This document shows positions 23,800 to 37,734 of a stretch of 64,000 nt of DNA, in pieces. How positions within the stretch are numbered: position 1 is the first letter of the stretch; each line of letters opens with the position of its first letter. Source of the stretch: Mobula hypostoma (taxonomy: Eukaryota); NCBI RefSeq assembly GCF_963921235.1, contig NC_086106.1, positions 21,700,001-21,764,000 on the forward strand. The letters are read 5' to 3'. The notes beneath the pieces were generated by a model. The model was given only the letters and a program-made list of their open reading frames with translations. It was not told where the DNA came from and ran no database searches. The translations under genes and the position numbers were made by a program.

Positions 23800-26700
23800 T
23801 CACATCTGATCAGCCCTTTATTTGGATCCACTCTGCTCACCCTGAACTATGAAGGGGCTATAAAAGGTGCCCTAAAATATTCGGTTTCACTCATTCTGTA
23901 CGGAAAGCGGTGTCCAGAGGGATCACCTTCATGCGGTCAAAAATCATCGAGAAGTGAAACTATGAAATTTGGAATCTGGAATATACGAGCTCTGATGGAT
24001 AACCCGAAGTCAGACCCACCAGAGAGGAGAACTGACTTTGTTGCCCGGGAACACAAAAAAAAAAGAAAAAAAATCAACTTTGACATTGTTGCTCTGAGTC
24101 AGACCCGCAGAACTGGAGAAGGGCAACTAATGGAAGAGCAAGGTCAATGCAACTTTTTTTTTTTCTTGAAGGACTTGATCCTGAACAGTCAAGGATCCAT
24201 GGAGTAGGTTTTTCCATCCGAAAGAGCCTACTTCAGAAGCTGACAGAGCAACCACTGGGAATACATGAACGTTTCATTGTTCTGCGAATCCAGCTTTTCA
24301 AGAACCTACACGCCAGCATCATCAGCACTTATGCTCCAACTCTGGACACTGAAGGTAAAGTAAAGATCAACTTCTACGCCCAACTTCACGGGTCCTTTCC
24401 TCTACTCCCAACAACGACAAGATGATTCTCTTGGGAGGCTTCATTGCCAGAGTCTAAGTTCATAGCCTCTCACTGACAGAATACGCAAGAAAGGAGTTTG
24501 CAAGATCAACGCCAATGGAACAATCCTTCTCACTAAATGTGCTGAACACAACCTGGTGATTACAAAGACCCTACTTCGCCAGAGAAAAAAAAAACAGGCA
24601 CAAAGTCGCTTGGCAGCATCCACACTCCAATTACTGGCACTCCATCGAGTACATCATCGTATGATCTCGGGACCAACAACATGTAATGATGACGAGAGCT
24701 GTTAGTTCAGCTGACGAGTGCTGAACAGATCATCAACTCATCTCGTCCACCATTAGAATGAAATTTCGGCCCAAAAGAAAGCCGTAAATCAGAACTCTAT
24801 TATGCTGTCGTCCTTCAAGAATCAGCCATATATAGAAGTTCCAGCAAAAACTTCAAGTGCAACTGTTTTAACAAACCCCACCATCTGTCGAAAAACACTG
24901 GAATCAATTGAAGAACACTATCATCATCTCCTACCAATAAACATTTGGGTACAAGACGGAAAAAAAAAACAAAACAGCAGGATTGGTTCGAATATAACGA
25001 CAAATTATTCCAACAACTAATCGACGATAAGAGATAAAGTTTCAGTACCTTGCAACATGACCAACAATCAGCGACCAAAAGGAAACACTATCAGGAATGT
25101 AAGGCTGCAGTCCAGATGAGCACCCGAAACCTGGAAAAAAAAACAGTGGTGGAGGAAGAAAGCTCAGGAACGCAACTAAAGCTATTTTTGGCCCATCTAC
25201 TCACGGTCAAGCTCCTCTCAAAAGCAAAGATGGTTCAATCAACCTGAAGAGCAATGCTGACATCAATTCTAGATGGAAGCAACACTTTGAAGATCTTCTA
25301 AATCAAATAGTCTCATTTAGCTGGAATGTGAATAACACCATTCCAAGACAGCACGTTGTCAAATCCCGAAGCAAAGTTCCAACATTTGCAGACGTCAGTA
25401 AAGCCAACAAAACCTTGAAAAACAACAAGGCCACTGGAGTCGATGGAATACCAGCCGAGGGCCACTGGAGTCGATGGAATACCAGCCGAGGTCTACAAAA
25501 TTGGAGGTAACCCCCTTCATTTTCAACTCCATCAACTTCTCGTCAAGACCTGGATAAATGAAGAAGTACCAGCAGACTTTAGAGACTCAGTAATCGTTAC
25601 CATCTACAAAAGGAAAGACGATCGATCCGAATACGGAAACTATTGTGGAACTTCTCTGTTAGCCACAGCAGGAGATATCTTCACCCGCATCATGCACAAC
25701 CGGTTCAAGCCTTTAGCTGAGAAGATCGTTCCGGAGACACAAGCCGGTTTCAGACCATGACGTGGAGCAATCGCCATGATCTTCCCAATGCGACAACTAC
25801 AAGAAACATGTCGTGAACGACTTCAACCTTTGTACATGACAGTCAACGACCTCACCAAAGCCTTTACCTCTGTATCAAGACGTCTTATCCACCTATCAAT
25901 GCCATGAAAAGTACATTCGAATCCACAGGCTCGTCCACGATGGCATGCTTACCACAGTCATGGTCAGCAACAGTTACTATGAGACTTTTCAAGTTAGATC
26001 AGGAGTAAAACAGGGATGCGTGATTGTCGCAACTTTGTTCACCATCTTTATTACGACAATCATCCTCATTATCAAAGACGACCTAACCCCAGGAATCGAA
26101 ATTGTCTACAGAACAGATGGCAGACTTTTCAATCTTGCCCTTTTCAAGTACAAAACGAAGACATTCACGAGTTCCATAATTGAGGTCCAATACGCAGATG
26201 ACAGCAATCTTGAAGCTCTTTCAGAAAACTACCTACAACAGATTCTGACTGCCTTCAACCGTGCATACACAAACTTGGACTTACCATCAATTCCAAGAAG
26301 ACTCAGATCATCTATCAATCGTCACCAATTGAGATAAATCTGATAGAACCATCATTTCAATTTGGCGAAACCACCCTGGAAAACGTGGACCACTTCCCGT
26401 ATCTTGGAAGTCACCTCTGCTCCAATGTCGACCTTAATGACGGGATACAACATCGGCTTAAATGCGTTGGAACAGCTTCTGGATGTCTCCGAACAAGAGT
26501 CTCTCATGAATATGACATCCGAGCAGACGCCAAAATGTTAGTATACAAAGCAGTGGTAATTCCAACACTCCTGTGTGCATCAGAAACTTGGACAATATAC
26601 CGATGATATCTGAAGGCACTTGAAATGGAGAATCAATGGTGTCTTCGGAACATCTCGAATATCAGCTGGGAGGACAGAAGAACCAACGTCAGTGTGCTAA

Positions 26701-28420
26701 ATGAAGCAAAAACAGAGGCATTGAAGCCTACGTCATCAAGAACCAACTAAGGTGGAGCGGTCATGTTGTTCGAATAAAAGACGAACGTCTTCCGAAATAA
26801 GTCTTCTACTCCCATCTTAAAGAAGGCATACATAAAAGAGGCAGACTGTCATGGTCCGGTCCGCGATGTCCACATTCCGGTTCACGGTCTGGTCCTTGGA
26901 TTCAGGACTCCGGGTCTTCCAGCTGTGTCATGGTTTGATTGAGTTAAGCATAGGTACCTGATACCCAAATTTGGGGCATGGGATATAAGTAGCTTTGGGA
27001 GTGGGCTGCTGGTTTGTCCTGTCAGTTCCCCTTGGAACAATTTGCTGATGGAAGGCTAGTGAAACCATTCGTGATCGCTAGGCCTGGTTGGAGGAACACG
27101 GCTTCATGGAGCCGTGTTGCCACTTGTCGGAACAGTTATCATGGTATGGATATGGCTGTTTCTGTGGCCAGCCAAGGTTGCTGGCTGCACTAAGAGTCAG
27201 AGCCACCCCGGATAGAGCTCCTTTCCTGTCCTCGCCTCCTTTGGGTAAGCCAGGTCGTAATTACTGTTACCCTGCTGTTAGCTCTATTCCTTTCTGTCCC
27301 TTATCTCCGTCGGGCAAGCAGGCTTTTTGCCGTTACACTGCGAATGGACCGTCCTTCCCTGTCCTTACCTCCGTGAGGTGAAGTTCCGGTCCAGGAGTTC
27401 CCCGTCCTGCCCAGGTGATCCGCGCCCTGCCCAGGAGAAGTTCCGAATACCCAAGCCTCGAGGATCCCAAGCCAAGGTCCAAGAACCCAAGCCTCCAGGA
27501 TCCCAAGCCAAGCTCCAAGAACTCAAGCCTCGAGGATCCCATCCAAACTCCAAGAACGCTAGCCTCGAAGATCCCAAGCCAAGCTCCAGAAACCCAAGCC
27601 TGAAGTCCCCAGCCTCCAAGCGCAAGTCCCAAGGCCCCCAGCGTTACAGCCAAGCTCAAGACCCAAGTTCCCAGCCTGCAACCAAGCTCAAGAACCAAGG
27701 CCCCAGCCTGCAGCTGAGCTGAGGACCCAGGGTCCTAGCCTGCAGCCAAGCTCAAGACCCAAGACTCCAGCCTGCCTCCACGCTCAGGCGTCTAGACCCC
27801 AGCCACTTCCTGTTCTGAAGCCATGTCATATCCTTGTCTGGTTCTGGGGTCCAGGCCCGAGGCAAGACCCAGGTTCTGGGTCTTTGTCCAGTCTCGGGCT
27901 CGGATTCGAAGCCTTGTCCCCCAGTACATGGTTTCTTGTCTTGGTCCCGCGTTCCCTAGCCCAGGTCTACGTTCTTGTCCTTGCTCCTTGCCTGTATCCT
28001 GTGACGTCCCTAATCTTGTCAAGTCCTGTTCCTTGTACGTCAGTATCCGTCTCTCGCATTTGTGTCCGTTTCCAGCACCCCATTGTGACAGGGACAACAG
28101 AAGAGATACAAAGACGTCTAACAAAAAAAAAAAACACTTGAAGGAGTTTAATATCGATATCAGCAATTGGAAAACAAATGCCTAGACAGGAAACTCTGAC
28201 AAGCTATCATCCGAGAAGGAACAGCAACTTTCGAGGTCAAAAAGTGAGAAGGAAATTGTAAGAGAGGCAACAACAACCATTGGCCGATATGTCATCTGGA
28301 TCTGTTTTGAATGCGGAAGATCGTTCAAGGCCAAAACTGGATTCATAAGCCACTTGAGAGCCCATAAGTAGATCCAGAACGAAGACCAGCTTCCTTGACC
28401 ACGACGGATAACTACGACGA
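23800..28420 (+). mobile_element. RTE-clade LINE (APE + RT), interrupted by an LTR-like insertion at 26847-28090
   Basis: MKFGIWNIRALMD...PERRT...DIVALSQTR; YAPTL; GVKQGCV; QYADD; FPYLGS. Sequence resumes after 28090 and ends in GACGGATAACTACGACGA. A 31-bp tandem duplication lies at 25429-25490. Confidence 0.9.
26847..28090 (+). mobile_element. Solo-LTR-like element with internal minisatellite
   Basis: TGTCA...TGACA termini, degenerate 5-bp TSD candidates CAGAC/GGGAC, and about 33-36-bp tandem repeats at 27440-27790. Confidence 0.75.
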
Positions 28421-28429
28421 TCAGTTTTG

Positions 28430-28680
28430 CCAATCAACTTTCCAGCTCTTAGCTTCCTTCCTCCTCCTTTTGTCTTCTATGATTTCGGATCTCCGTCTCC
28501 CCCACTCACTTTCAAATCGCTTACTATCTCTTCTTTCAGTTAGTCCTGACGAAGGGTCTCGGTCTTACACGTCGATTGTACTTATTCCTATAGATCTATA
28601 GTTGCTGCTTTTCCTGTTGCGTTCCGGCAGCATATCGTGTGTGTTGCTTGAATTTCCAGCAACTTCAGATGTTCTCGTAT
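28430..28680 (+). mobile_element. Penelope-type 3' end fragment
   Basis: CCCACTCACTTTCAAATC...TAGTCCTGACGAAGGGTCTCGG...CGTCGATTGTAC motif shared with the 22218 and 44355 copies. Confidence 0.65.
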
Positions 28681-28869
28681 TTGAGTTAAACTGCTGTAGG
28701 TTAGTGTAATGTATTCGATTGCTGCAAGCATCTCTTCTGAATATTCTACACTGACCATCTTGATTTTGTCAGTCTCTTTTCAGTATTTTTTGTGTGTTTA
28801 TCACCTGGTCCTGTATTTCCACGAAAAAAAACATTCTGTTTCTGGGAAGTGTATTCGACCTCTGAGCCA

Positions 28870-29465
28870 GATAATGCTAAAACTTTGAAAGACGATTTGT
28901 AAGATGCTACTCAGGCCGCTGTAGGGACATTGTACATAGTTTCTGTCCCATTTCTCAAAAAGGACCTGTTGCCATTTCAGAGAAGTCCAGAGAAGTTTCA
29001 CGAGGGTAAATCCGGCAATGCAGATGTTCACATAGAGGAGCGTTTGGCAGCTTTTAACACGTACTCAACGAAATTTTTGAAAATGCGTCGGAATCCCATT
29101 GAAACATATCGAATGTTGAAAGGGATATATAGGGTCGATGTGGAGACGATTTTTCCTATGGTGGGGGTATTTGGAACTCGGGAGCACATGCTTGAAATTT
29201 CACTGCGTGACCTTTAAGATTGGTTGTAACGTGGGTTTTTCTTTTCTTTCTTTCTTTCTTTTTAGAAAAGGAGTAGTGAATCTGTAGATTGCTGTGCCAC
29301 AAACTGCGGTCGAGGCCAGGATTATGGATATATTGAAGGTGCACATTGACATTTGCCAAATCGGTGAGGTAATCAATGCATATGGCCTGAGGAAAACTGT
29401 GTGGAGTTGACCGGTATCCGGGAACAGGTTGGATTGAATGGCGGAGCAGGAACCATCGGTGGATT
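28870..29465 (+). mobile_element. Old CR1 3' fragment
   Basis: MRRNPIETYRMLKGIYRVDVE-like remnant and GATTGAATGGCGGAGCAG 3' UTR. Confidence 0.65.
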
Positions 29466-29977
29466 GATCTGTACCCGTTCCTACATTCAAGTCTCATGGT
29501 GTTAACGGATGTGAAAGTGATGGTTAAGCGAACTACGGATACCTGTTTGAATCTAGAGAGAGAGAAAAAAAATAGAGTGTAGAAATGATGTTCAGATGGT
29601 ATTAATATGAAACCGAACGTACCTAATGACAACCGAACCCCAATCGTTCTCTACATTCAAAAGGTTGTAATTTTGCATGATCCACATAGAAAGAGTACAT
29701 AATGCGATAATACTGATAAATTCACAAGAAGGCAGCAACTGTTTCATCTTTTTCCCAAATATCTTGACAGGATATTTGAGCGCCTGAGGATGCTCGTTCC
29801 CGAAATCCCATGGAGTCGTGGTATCAATGGCCATGCATTTTTTATTTTTTTTTCTTTTTTTCCTGCTGGCTGTTAATGCACGACCGCATCTTTGGAAAAC
29901 CTGACAAAGGGCTTTCCCATGTATTGCGCTAAATAATTTCAGAACTCTCAGATCAAATGAAATGTCTTTAAATTAAG

Positions 29978-30627
29978 TGTAAGGGGTTTCTGCTTTTATG
30001 TTACTGCGTATGTAAATCAAAATGGCTTGCTTGTCATGTTAATCTTTTAAGTTATTGTGCATGTTAATCAAAATGGCTTTTTTGTTATGGTAAGTGCTGA
30101 GACGGTTCTCTCGCTGCAATTGGCTTCGGTTATTTTATTGATAAGACTGTAAATGGACCAATGGGTGTCCATGTTATTCTTTCTTGAGTTGATATGATGT
30201 CTCATATGGCTGGGAAACGGGGATTTTAGCGGTGAGTTGGAGGAGAGACCGGGAAGACGACGGACGTGCTGGAAGTGCTCTGGTCGATGACTTAGTGTGG
30301 TCCCGAGCTGTGAGTCGAGGGGGTCAGAATGGATCGCAGGGTAAAGAAAGAAAGTCCCGAGCTCCAACTGTGTGCACGATGAAAGTGAACTTTGATACGT
30401 GTGGTGCCTTTTTCATTCCCTTTTGTATTGTACCTCTAATAACCTGATAGACCTAGTAAGGTTTATAAACTGTAATTTGTAAAATGTACTTTGTGTGCTG
30501 GCTGATGATTGATGGTTGAGACCAAAACAGGTGGCATTGTAGAGCAAAGGACGTAACCGGGAGACAAGGTTGGGCGGCGAACGGGGTTTCCCCTAGATAA
30601 ACACAAGCGATATAGCTGAGCGTTACA
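29978..30627. mobile_element. Solo LTR (650 bp) with 4-bp TSD
   Basis: TGTAA...TTACA termini flanked by perfect TAAG/TAAG (29974-77, 30628-31). Confidence 0.85.
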
Positions 30628-30854
30628 TAAGCAAATGGGACAAAATGATGATCACAACTTTGGAGTTTGGAAATAATAAAATTATGGATATTCTGCCGTT
30701 CGCTATCTGCTACACATAAAACATAAAACAAAGAATATCAATCGGGACAACACATTGCAGACCCATCATCACATGTTGCTAATTTAGAACAATTAATCTC
30801 TTTATCGAAAAAATTCACCATACAAAGACAAAAAATCTCAATGGATGGGAATAA

Positions 30855-33558
30855 TGGATTCTCAATATCCCTGGATTTCAGTGCTAAAAAAGGGATAGAG
30901 AGGGCGGAAAAGGGGGAGGAGGCGTGGCATTACTGGTCAGGGATACTATTACAGCTACGAAAAGGGTGGGTAATGTAGCGGGATCCTCTTTTGAGTCAAT
31001 ATGGGTGGAAGTCAGGAACAGGAAGGCAGCAGTTACTCCACTGGGGGTATTGTATAGACCCCCTGGTAGCAGCAGAGAGACAGAGGAGCAGACTGAGAGG
31101 CAGATTTTGGAAAGGTGCAAAAATAGCAGGGTTGTTATCATGGATGACTTTAACTTCCCTAGTATTGATTGGCACCTGATTAGTTCCAAGGGTTGAGATG
31201 GGCAACGTTTGTTAAGTGTGTCCAGGACGGATTCCTGTAACAGTATGTGGACAGGCCGACTAGGGGGAATGCCATACTAGATCTTGTACAAGTTAATGAA
31301 CCAGGTCAGGTCACAGATCTCTCAGTGTGTGAGCATCTGGGGGACAGTAACCACCGCTCCCTGGCCTTTAGCATTATCATGGAAAAGGATAGAATCAGAG
31401 AGGATAGGATATTTTTAATTGGGGAAGGGAAAATTATGAGGCTGTAAGGCTCGAACTTACGGGTGTGAATTGGGAATATGTTTTTGCAGGGAAATGTACT
31501 ATGGACATGTGGTCGATGTTAAGAGATCTCTTGCAGGATGTCAGGGATAAATTTGTCCCGTTGAGGAAGATATGTATGGTAGGGTGAAGGAACCATGGGT
31601 GACAAGTGAGGTGAAAAACTTCTCAAGTGGAAGAAGGCAGTATACGTGAGGTTTAGGAAGCAGGAATCAGATAGGTCTATTGAGGAATATAGGGAAGGAT
31701 GAAAGGAGCTTATGAAGGGGCTGTGAAGGTCAAGAAGGGGGCATGAGAAAGCCTTGGCGAGTAGGGTAAAGGAAAACTCCAATGCATTTTTCAATTATTT
31801 GAAGAAAAAAAGGATGACAGGAGTGAAGGTAGGGTCGATTAGGGATAAAGTTGGGAAGATGTGCCTGGAGGCTCTGGAAGTGAGCGAATTCCTCAATGAA
31901 TACTTCTCCTCGGTATTCACCAATGAGAGGGAATTTAATGATTGTTAGGACAATATGAGAGAGGTTGATGCTCTGGAGCATGTTGATATTAAAGGAGAGG
32001 AGGTTGTTGTTAAAATACATTAGAACAGATAAGACCCGGGGCCTGACGGAATATTCCCCAGGCTGCTCCACAAGGCGAGGGAAGAGATTCCCAAGCATCT
32101 GGCTAGGACCTTTATGTCCTCGTTGTCCACGGGAATTGTACCGGAGGATTGGAGGGAGGCGAATGTTGCCCCCTTGTTCAAAAAGTTAGTAGGGATCGTC
32201 CGTAATTATAGACCAGTGAGCCTTACGACTGTGGTGGGAAATCTGTTGGAAATGCTTCGTAGAGATAGTATCTCTGGGCATTCAGAGAATCATAGGCAGA
32301 TCAGAGACAGTCAGCATGACTTTGTGAAGGGCAGATCGTGTCCAAGAAGACTGACAGAGTTCTTTGAGGAGGTGACCAGGCATATAGATGGGTGTAGTGC
32401 AGTGGATGTGATCTATATGGATTTTAGTAAGTAATTTGACAAGGTTCCACACGGTAGGCTTATTCAGAAAGTCAGAAGACATGGAATCCAGGAACATTTG
32501 GTAAGGTGGATTCAGTATTGGCTTGCCTGCAGAAGGCAGAGTGTCGTGGTGGAGAGAGTGCTTTCAGATTGGAGAATTGTGACTAGTGGTGTCCCACAAG
32601 GATCTGTTCTGGGAACAGTACTTGTAGTGATTTTTAATAACGACCTGGATGTGGGGGTAGAAGTGTGGGTTGGCAAGTTTGCAGACGACACAAGTGTTTG
32701 TGGTGTTGTAGATAGTGTATAGGATTGTCAAAGATTGCAGAGAGACATTGATATGATGCAGAAGTGGGCTGATAAGTGGCAGATGGAGCTCAAACCGCAG
32801 AAGTGTGATGTGGTGGACTTTGGAAGGACAAATTCCAAGGCAGAGTACAAACTAAATGGCAGGATACTTCGTAGTGTAGAGGAGCAGAGGGATCTGGGGG
32901 TACATGTCCACAGATCCCTGAAAGTTGCCTCACAGGTGGATAGGGTAGTTAAGAAAGCTTATGGGATGTTAGCTTTCGTAAGTCGAGGGATAGAGTTTAA
33001 GAGTTACGATTTAATGATGCAGCTCTATAAAACTCTGGTTAGGCCACCTTTGGAGTCCTGTGATCACTTCTGGTCGCCTCACTATATGAAGGATGTGGAA
33101 GCATTGGAAAGGGTGCAGAGGAGACTTACCATGATACTGCCTGGTTTAGAGAGTATGCATTATGATCAGAGATTAAGGGAGCTAGGGCTTTATTCCTTGG
33201 AGAGAAGGAGGATGAGAAGAGACATGATAGAGGTATACAAGATAATAAGAATGCATAGCCAGCGCCTCTTCCTCAGGTCACCACTGTTCAGTACAAGAGG
33301 ACATGGTTTTAAGGTAAGAGGTGGGAAGTTCAGGGGGATATTAGAGGAAGGCTTTTTTTAACTCAGAGAATGGTTGGTGCGTGGAATGCACTGCCTGAGT
33401 CAGTGGTCGAGGCTGATACACTAGTGAAGTTTAAGAGACACTGGACAAATATATGGAGGAATTTAAGGTGGGTCTCATACGGGAGGCAGGGTTTGAGGGT
33501 AGGCACAACATTGTAGGCCGAAGGGCCTGTACTGTGCTGTACTATTCTATGTTCTATG
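30855..33558 (+). mobile_element. CR1 LINE (APE + RT, degenerate)
   Basis: ALLVRDTITA...ESIWVEVRN...GVLYRPP...DFNFPSIDW, GVPQGSVLG, KFADDT and a TTCTATG tail. Same subfamily as 13185-14968. Confidence 0.92.
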
Positions 33559-33949
33559 GAAAATAAACAAGGACATTAAGAATTCACAGAAGTTTTAAAA
33601 GGAATATTGTTGTCTTCGTTTTGTAGCAGTACTTGTGATCAGTTACATCCTATGTGGCACAAAGTTTTAGCATGAGTTTACAATGTCTATGCAATCAAAA
33701 CCCATACCATCACAATGGAAGTGACGACAGAATTGTGTCGAATGCATTGTGTTCTTGGCAATGAACGTGGTTATCGAAAAACCAACCTGCGGCACAGCAT
33801 TTCTGAAATAATGACAATTACCATCGGAAAAGAAAATTTAAACGATGCATGGCAACGTATAATTTTAGAAGGTAAAAAATACGATACAATTAGTTCGCAA
33901 ATTGGAAAGTTAATTGGGAGAAAATATATTAGATTGCACAGATGAAATA

Positions 33950-35160
33950 TGGAGGTTTTGATGAAACACATTCACCTGGTTCAGCATAGATTTTCTTGCT
34001 GAGAAGGGAAAAATATAGTGGCTTGAAAGAACCGTTGGTGACCGGACAGTTCCAGTATTTAGACAAGTGGATGAAGCATGCACACGCAAAGTTGAAGAAG
34101 CGACAACAGGCAGGGTCTTGAGAATTAAAAGGAGCCACGTGGAAACTTAGCAAGAGAATGAGGGGACGTAGAAATTCACATGGGAAGGGCTTGAACAAAG
34201 AAAAAACAATGGAGTATTACTAGATGAGGAGAAACTGTACATTTAAATATAGGTGAGGATACGATCTCAATCAGTACACTTGGTTCGGATTTCACTAAAA
34301 AGAGGAGTTTAAACGGTTTTGAGTGTAGAGTCAACGTGTTCGCCCTACTGGAATATATATCGCATGTATTAAATATGTGATGTTGGAGTTTCTAACAAAT
34401 TCATAAGTAACAGTGAGCGGAAGACAGTGTATATACTCCAGCGAAATATGGGGCATCAGATAAAATAACACTTGGAACGATGTTGGGGATATTTTCGTCC
34501 AACTTGGACAAAAGAGTAGTAACAGCAGATTCGAGGTTGTTTGATATCGTTCCGTTGTTCAAGAAAGATGATCACAGAAATATGGACAACAAAGTTTATT
34601 GAGTCCACAGCGGGCAATCTGTGAAGAGGTTTCGGATTTTGGATGATTTGGAACCATTTGGAGAAGGTTAGTATTATAAGGACATGCCAATATTACGTTA
34701 TGAGCTAAAGGTCGTGCTATACGACATTAATTGTTTGTTTGTTTTTTTGTTAAGGACGTGACAAAACAAACTTAATAATAACTGAGAGATGAATGTGGTA
34801 TGTATAGATATTACTGGGGCGTTTGAGTTTTATGCCCTGATAGGTTTTACATACAGCTCAGCAGGCATGCGGTCCGTTGTGATTTTTCTGCCTTGATTGA
34901 AAATTGCCTTGCCTACAGAAAGCAGAGGGAGACATTAGATACTATAGTATCTGCATGGAGTAGACGTCCAATGGCGTTCTGCAGGGGGCACTTCAAAGTC
35001 CCAAGTGTATTGACAATATTATAAATGTGGATGTGTTTTGGGGTGGGTATGTTAGTGTTACATTTTCAAAGATGGCCCGAAGGCAGAATATTTTATAGAA
35101 AGCTTAAGAAAGGTACAGAAAAGACACCGACAGGGTGAATTGTTGCACGCAGCAATGCCT
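33950..35160 (+). mobile_element. Ancient CR1-like remnant
   Basis: Scattered CR1 ORF2-like nucleotide blocks (GATATCGTTCCGTTGTTCAAGAAAG; TTGCCTACAGAAAGCAGAGGG) in collinear order. Confidence 0.45.
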
Positions 35161-35689
35161 GACAGGAGTTCAAGAAAAAATGTGTAACGCTTTCGAAGAT
35201 CGAAATTGTAAACCGGTGACAAGTTAATGGCATGTTTCTGCAGTGTGCACAAATAGATGGTCAGTTTCATCGAGCTCCATAATTCCTTCAAAGTTTCCGT
35301 GTAAACCGATAGGTCTGTGAAGTGAAGTGAAAAGCAATAGGGTGCAGTGAGTATCGAATTCTGCTCCCTAACACAATTAAATCTTCATTATATATATATA
35401 TATAGTAATGTGTCGAATGTGCCAGGTAAATGATACATTATATCCTTATATCACTTTACCTTCAGAACACGATTTGAAGGAAAGGCAAGTATTTTGGAGC
35501 AGCAGAGATTGATTCTCTGCAGAAAAGTGAGAGCTGAGCCCTGAAGTGCATTGAATTGTTCACAATTTTAAAGCTGGTTGGGTGGCTGGTTGGTTTATGG
35601 TTTATTTTATACATGCTGAGTTTTTTTTCCTCAAATAATCAACAACTCAAAGAGCAATGAAGAAACGAAACGGACACAATGTATCGCTA

Positions 35690-35945
35690 CCTAACAAATA
35701 AAAAAAAAGGTACGTCGCATCCGCAGTTTCTATGGTTAACGGATGATTTCCCTCCACGCGTACGGCTGGCGTAGTGGGGAACCGCGTACGAGGCAAGTTG
35801 TGCAGTGGTTTGCTTTCTGCCGGGCGAGGTTCGAAAAAGCTCACCAACTTATAACTTGGAAAGCATGCAGTGGAGCGGCTGGATTCGATCTCGGGACTTT
35901 TGATTTCGAAGTCTGGCACTGATGCCACTACGCCACCATCCGGGT
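35690..35945 (-). mobile_element. tRNA-derived SINE
   Basis: Minus strand GATGGTGGCGTAGTGG (A box) ...GAGATCGAATCCAGCC (B box), followed by a non-tRNA body. Confidence 0.6.
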
Positions 35946-36689
35946 CACGTAACAAGTAGCAATTTAAAATAATTCCGCGCATCCACATTCGCACCATATA
36001 CCTCCAATTGTTTTATAATTTGTGAATCCGTCCGTTTGGCTATTCACTCAATTGCTCCGATGTGGAAAAAAATACCCCATCATCCGGCTGAGAACCTTCA
36101 TGAGGAGTGTGTTGTCGGTAATGGTGATGGAGGCGCTAAGATTCGACTGCGTTTATATTTACTAATATGCAATCTAAACTGCTGAGTTTTACCGGCATTT
36201 TGTATGTGCTCCTCTAATTTTACAACATCTGCAAAATAGCCTGGACTTTTAAAATATATGTTGATGTAACTAAAATGAAAACTTTAATTTAGGGTATATC
36301 ACGAAGAGGAGAATTTGTCCATCAGATCTATTGAAGAAATGTTCATCCTTTCAACTTAAATCGGTTCCATATTTCATTACTGTGCTACCAGTTTCAAGGT
36401 TTCTTCATAGGGGACAGTGGTGAAGTCGTGAAAATATCACACTCTTCTTTCTCTATTTTACTGAGACATAGCGGAATGGGGTTTTGATAACCAACCATTC
36501 CTCAGAACTGGTTGGAATGGAAGTATTTTCACTCAGGTTCAATGCTCGAGTAGCGGGTCGCAACGGCGTCATTTAGCTCGTCCAGCGACCAAGGGGCGAC
36601 TTCTCCCATCTCATCAGCAAAACTATTAACATCTTCCTATTCTGATGACTCAGCTTCATTTTTCAGGGTTCCTGGGGTCCAAAAGGATA

Positions 36690-37734
36690 TGTGACCCCCA
36701 GCAGCATTCAACTCCTAGGGTATTATGTCCCCTTATTTGAGATCGCCGGTATAAAACGTTTCGGCATGTGCATGAGTGGACTAAAGTAGGGCGCCGTCCG
36801 GATCTTGCTTGTCCACGTGGACTCAAGTTCCTTCCTGTGCAGCGAAATAGGGGGCAGCGCGAGCCGGAACATCGCAGACACCGAGAGTGGTTGTCGGACT
36901 GCTACTGAAACGGAATTGATCGTTTTACGTGCCTGCAGCAGTAAGCCACGGACACAGATTTATTTATTTTTTTTTAATACTAAACAACTATATTTTCAAT
37001 TTTATAGTCAATTAAATCAATTATTCCCCTAACCAAAATTAACAGTGCAATAGATCTTAGCTCACAAACGGTGGAGGTCTGGAAACAGATCTTGCCAATT
37101 CTTACTCAACCCAAAATATAGAAAATTTGTACAGAGAACTAAAATGGCAATCATCTGAAATCCACCGGAACAGGTAAAGATGTCTGTGAGGAAGGTTTCC
37201 TAAATCCACATTACGATGCACAAGGTGACAGTCACAGCAGATTCCAGAAGTCGAGAGGTCGTCACTTAAACATTAGAGTCCACGCAGGGATGACAATGTG
37301 ACGCCGAAGTTCCAAAATCCACGTACGGATATCACAAGGTGGCAGTCACGGAATATTCCTTCACACAAGTGGTCACCATGTAACACAAACGAATCCATGT
37401 ATAGGTTAGCAAACAGTGGACGCCACACAATACAAAGTAACAGTCACGTATCCAATATGCACTCCGTGCCGCAAATTATCACAATTTTCCGTCACGGAGA
37501 TATATTGGGACCGCCCACGGCTTAGTGAACTCTTCAACTGACTCAACTCAATTCACTCCCCCGCAGGTAGTTCACGGTCTGTTGAATCGTTTAGCTGATG
37601 AATTTTCCAGAAGCCTCTCGAATAGAATCGAAAAAGCCACGCCGTATTTGTTATACAGACGTCATCCACCCGCCTCGTCCAGTCGCGCCTAAATTTCGCT
37701 TTTGGTTAATTAAAAAAAAACGTTGACATGTACA
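36690..37734 (-). mobile_element. Probable 3' LTR of Gmr1-like element A
   Basis: On the minus strand a purine tract GAGGAGAGG is followed by TGTACA at 37734, just downstream of the RNase H remnant. The distal TGT at 36690 is tentative. Confidence 0.45.

Noticed and set aside
27088-27381. ORF with YGYGCFCG resembling the secreted phospholipase A2 calcium loop
   Set aside because: It lies inside the LTR-like element 26847-28090, has no catalytic CCxxHDxC motif and no exon structure.
35875-35945. tRNA-like A and B boxes
   Set aside because: It is a SINE head, not a tRNA gene: no complete cloverleaf, and it continues into a non-tRNA body.
36310-36420. Plus-strand NLSIRSIEE...FHYCATS followed by GACAGTG
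   Set aside because: Motif spacing is wrong, there is an in-frame stop, no nonamer and no upstream V landmarks.
37102-37153. Leader-like exon MIAILVLCTNFLYFGL with a GTAAG donor, plus downstream V-like hints at 36700-36940
   Set aside because: It falls within the probable LTR 36690-37734, and the downstream phase-1 frame stops immediately.
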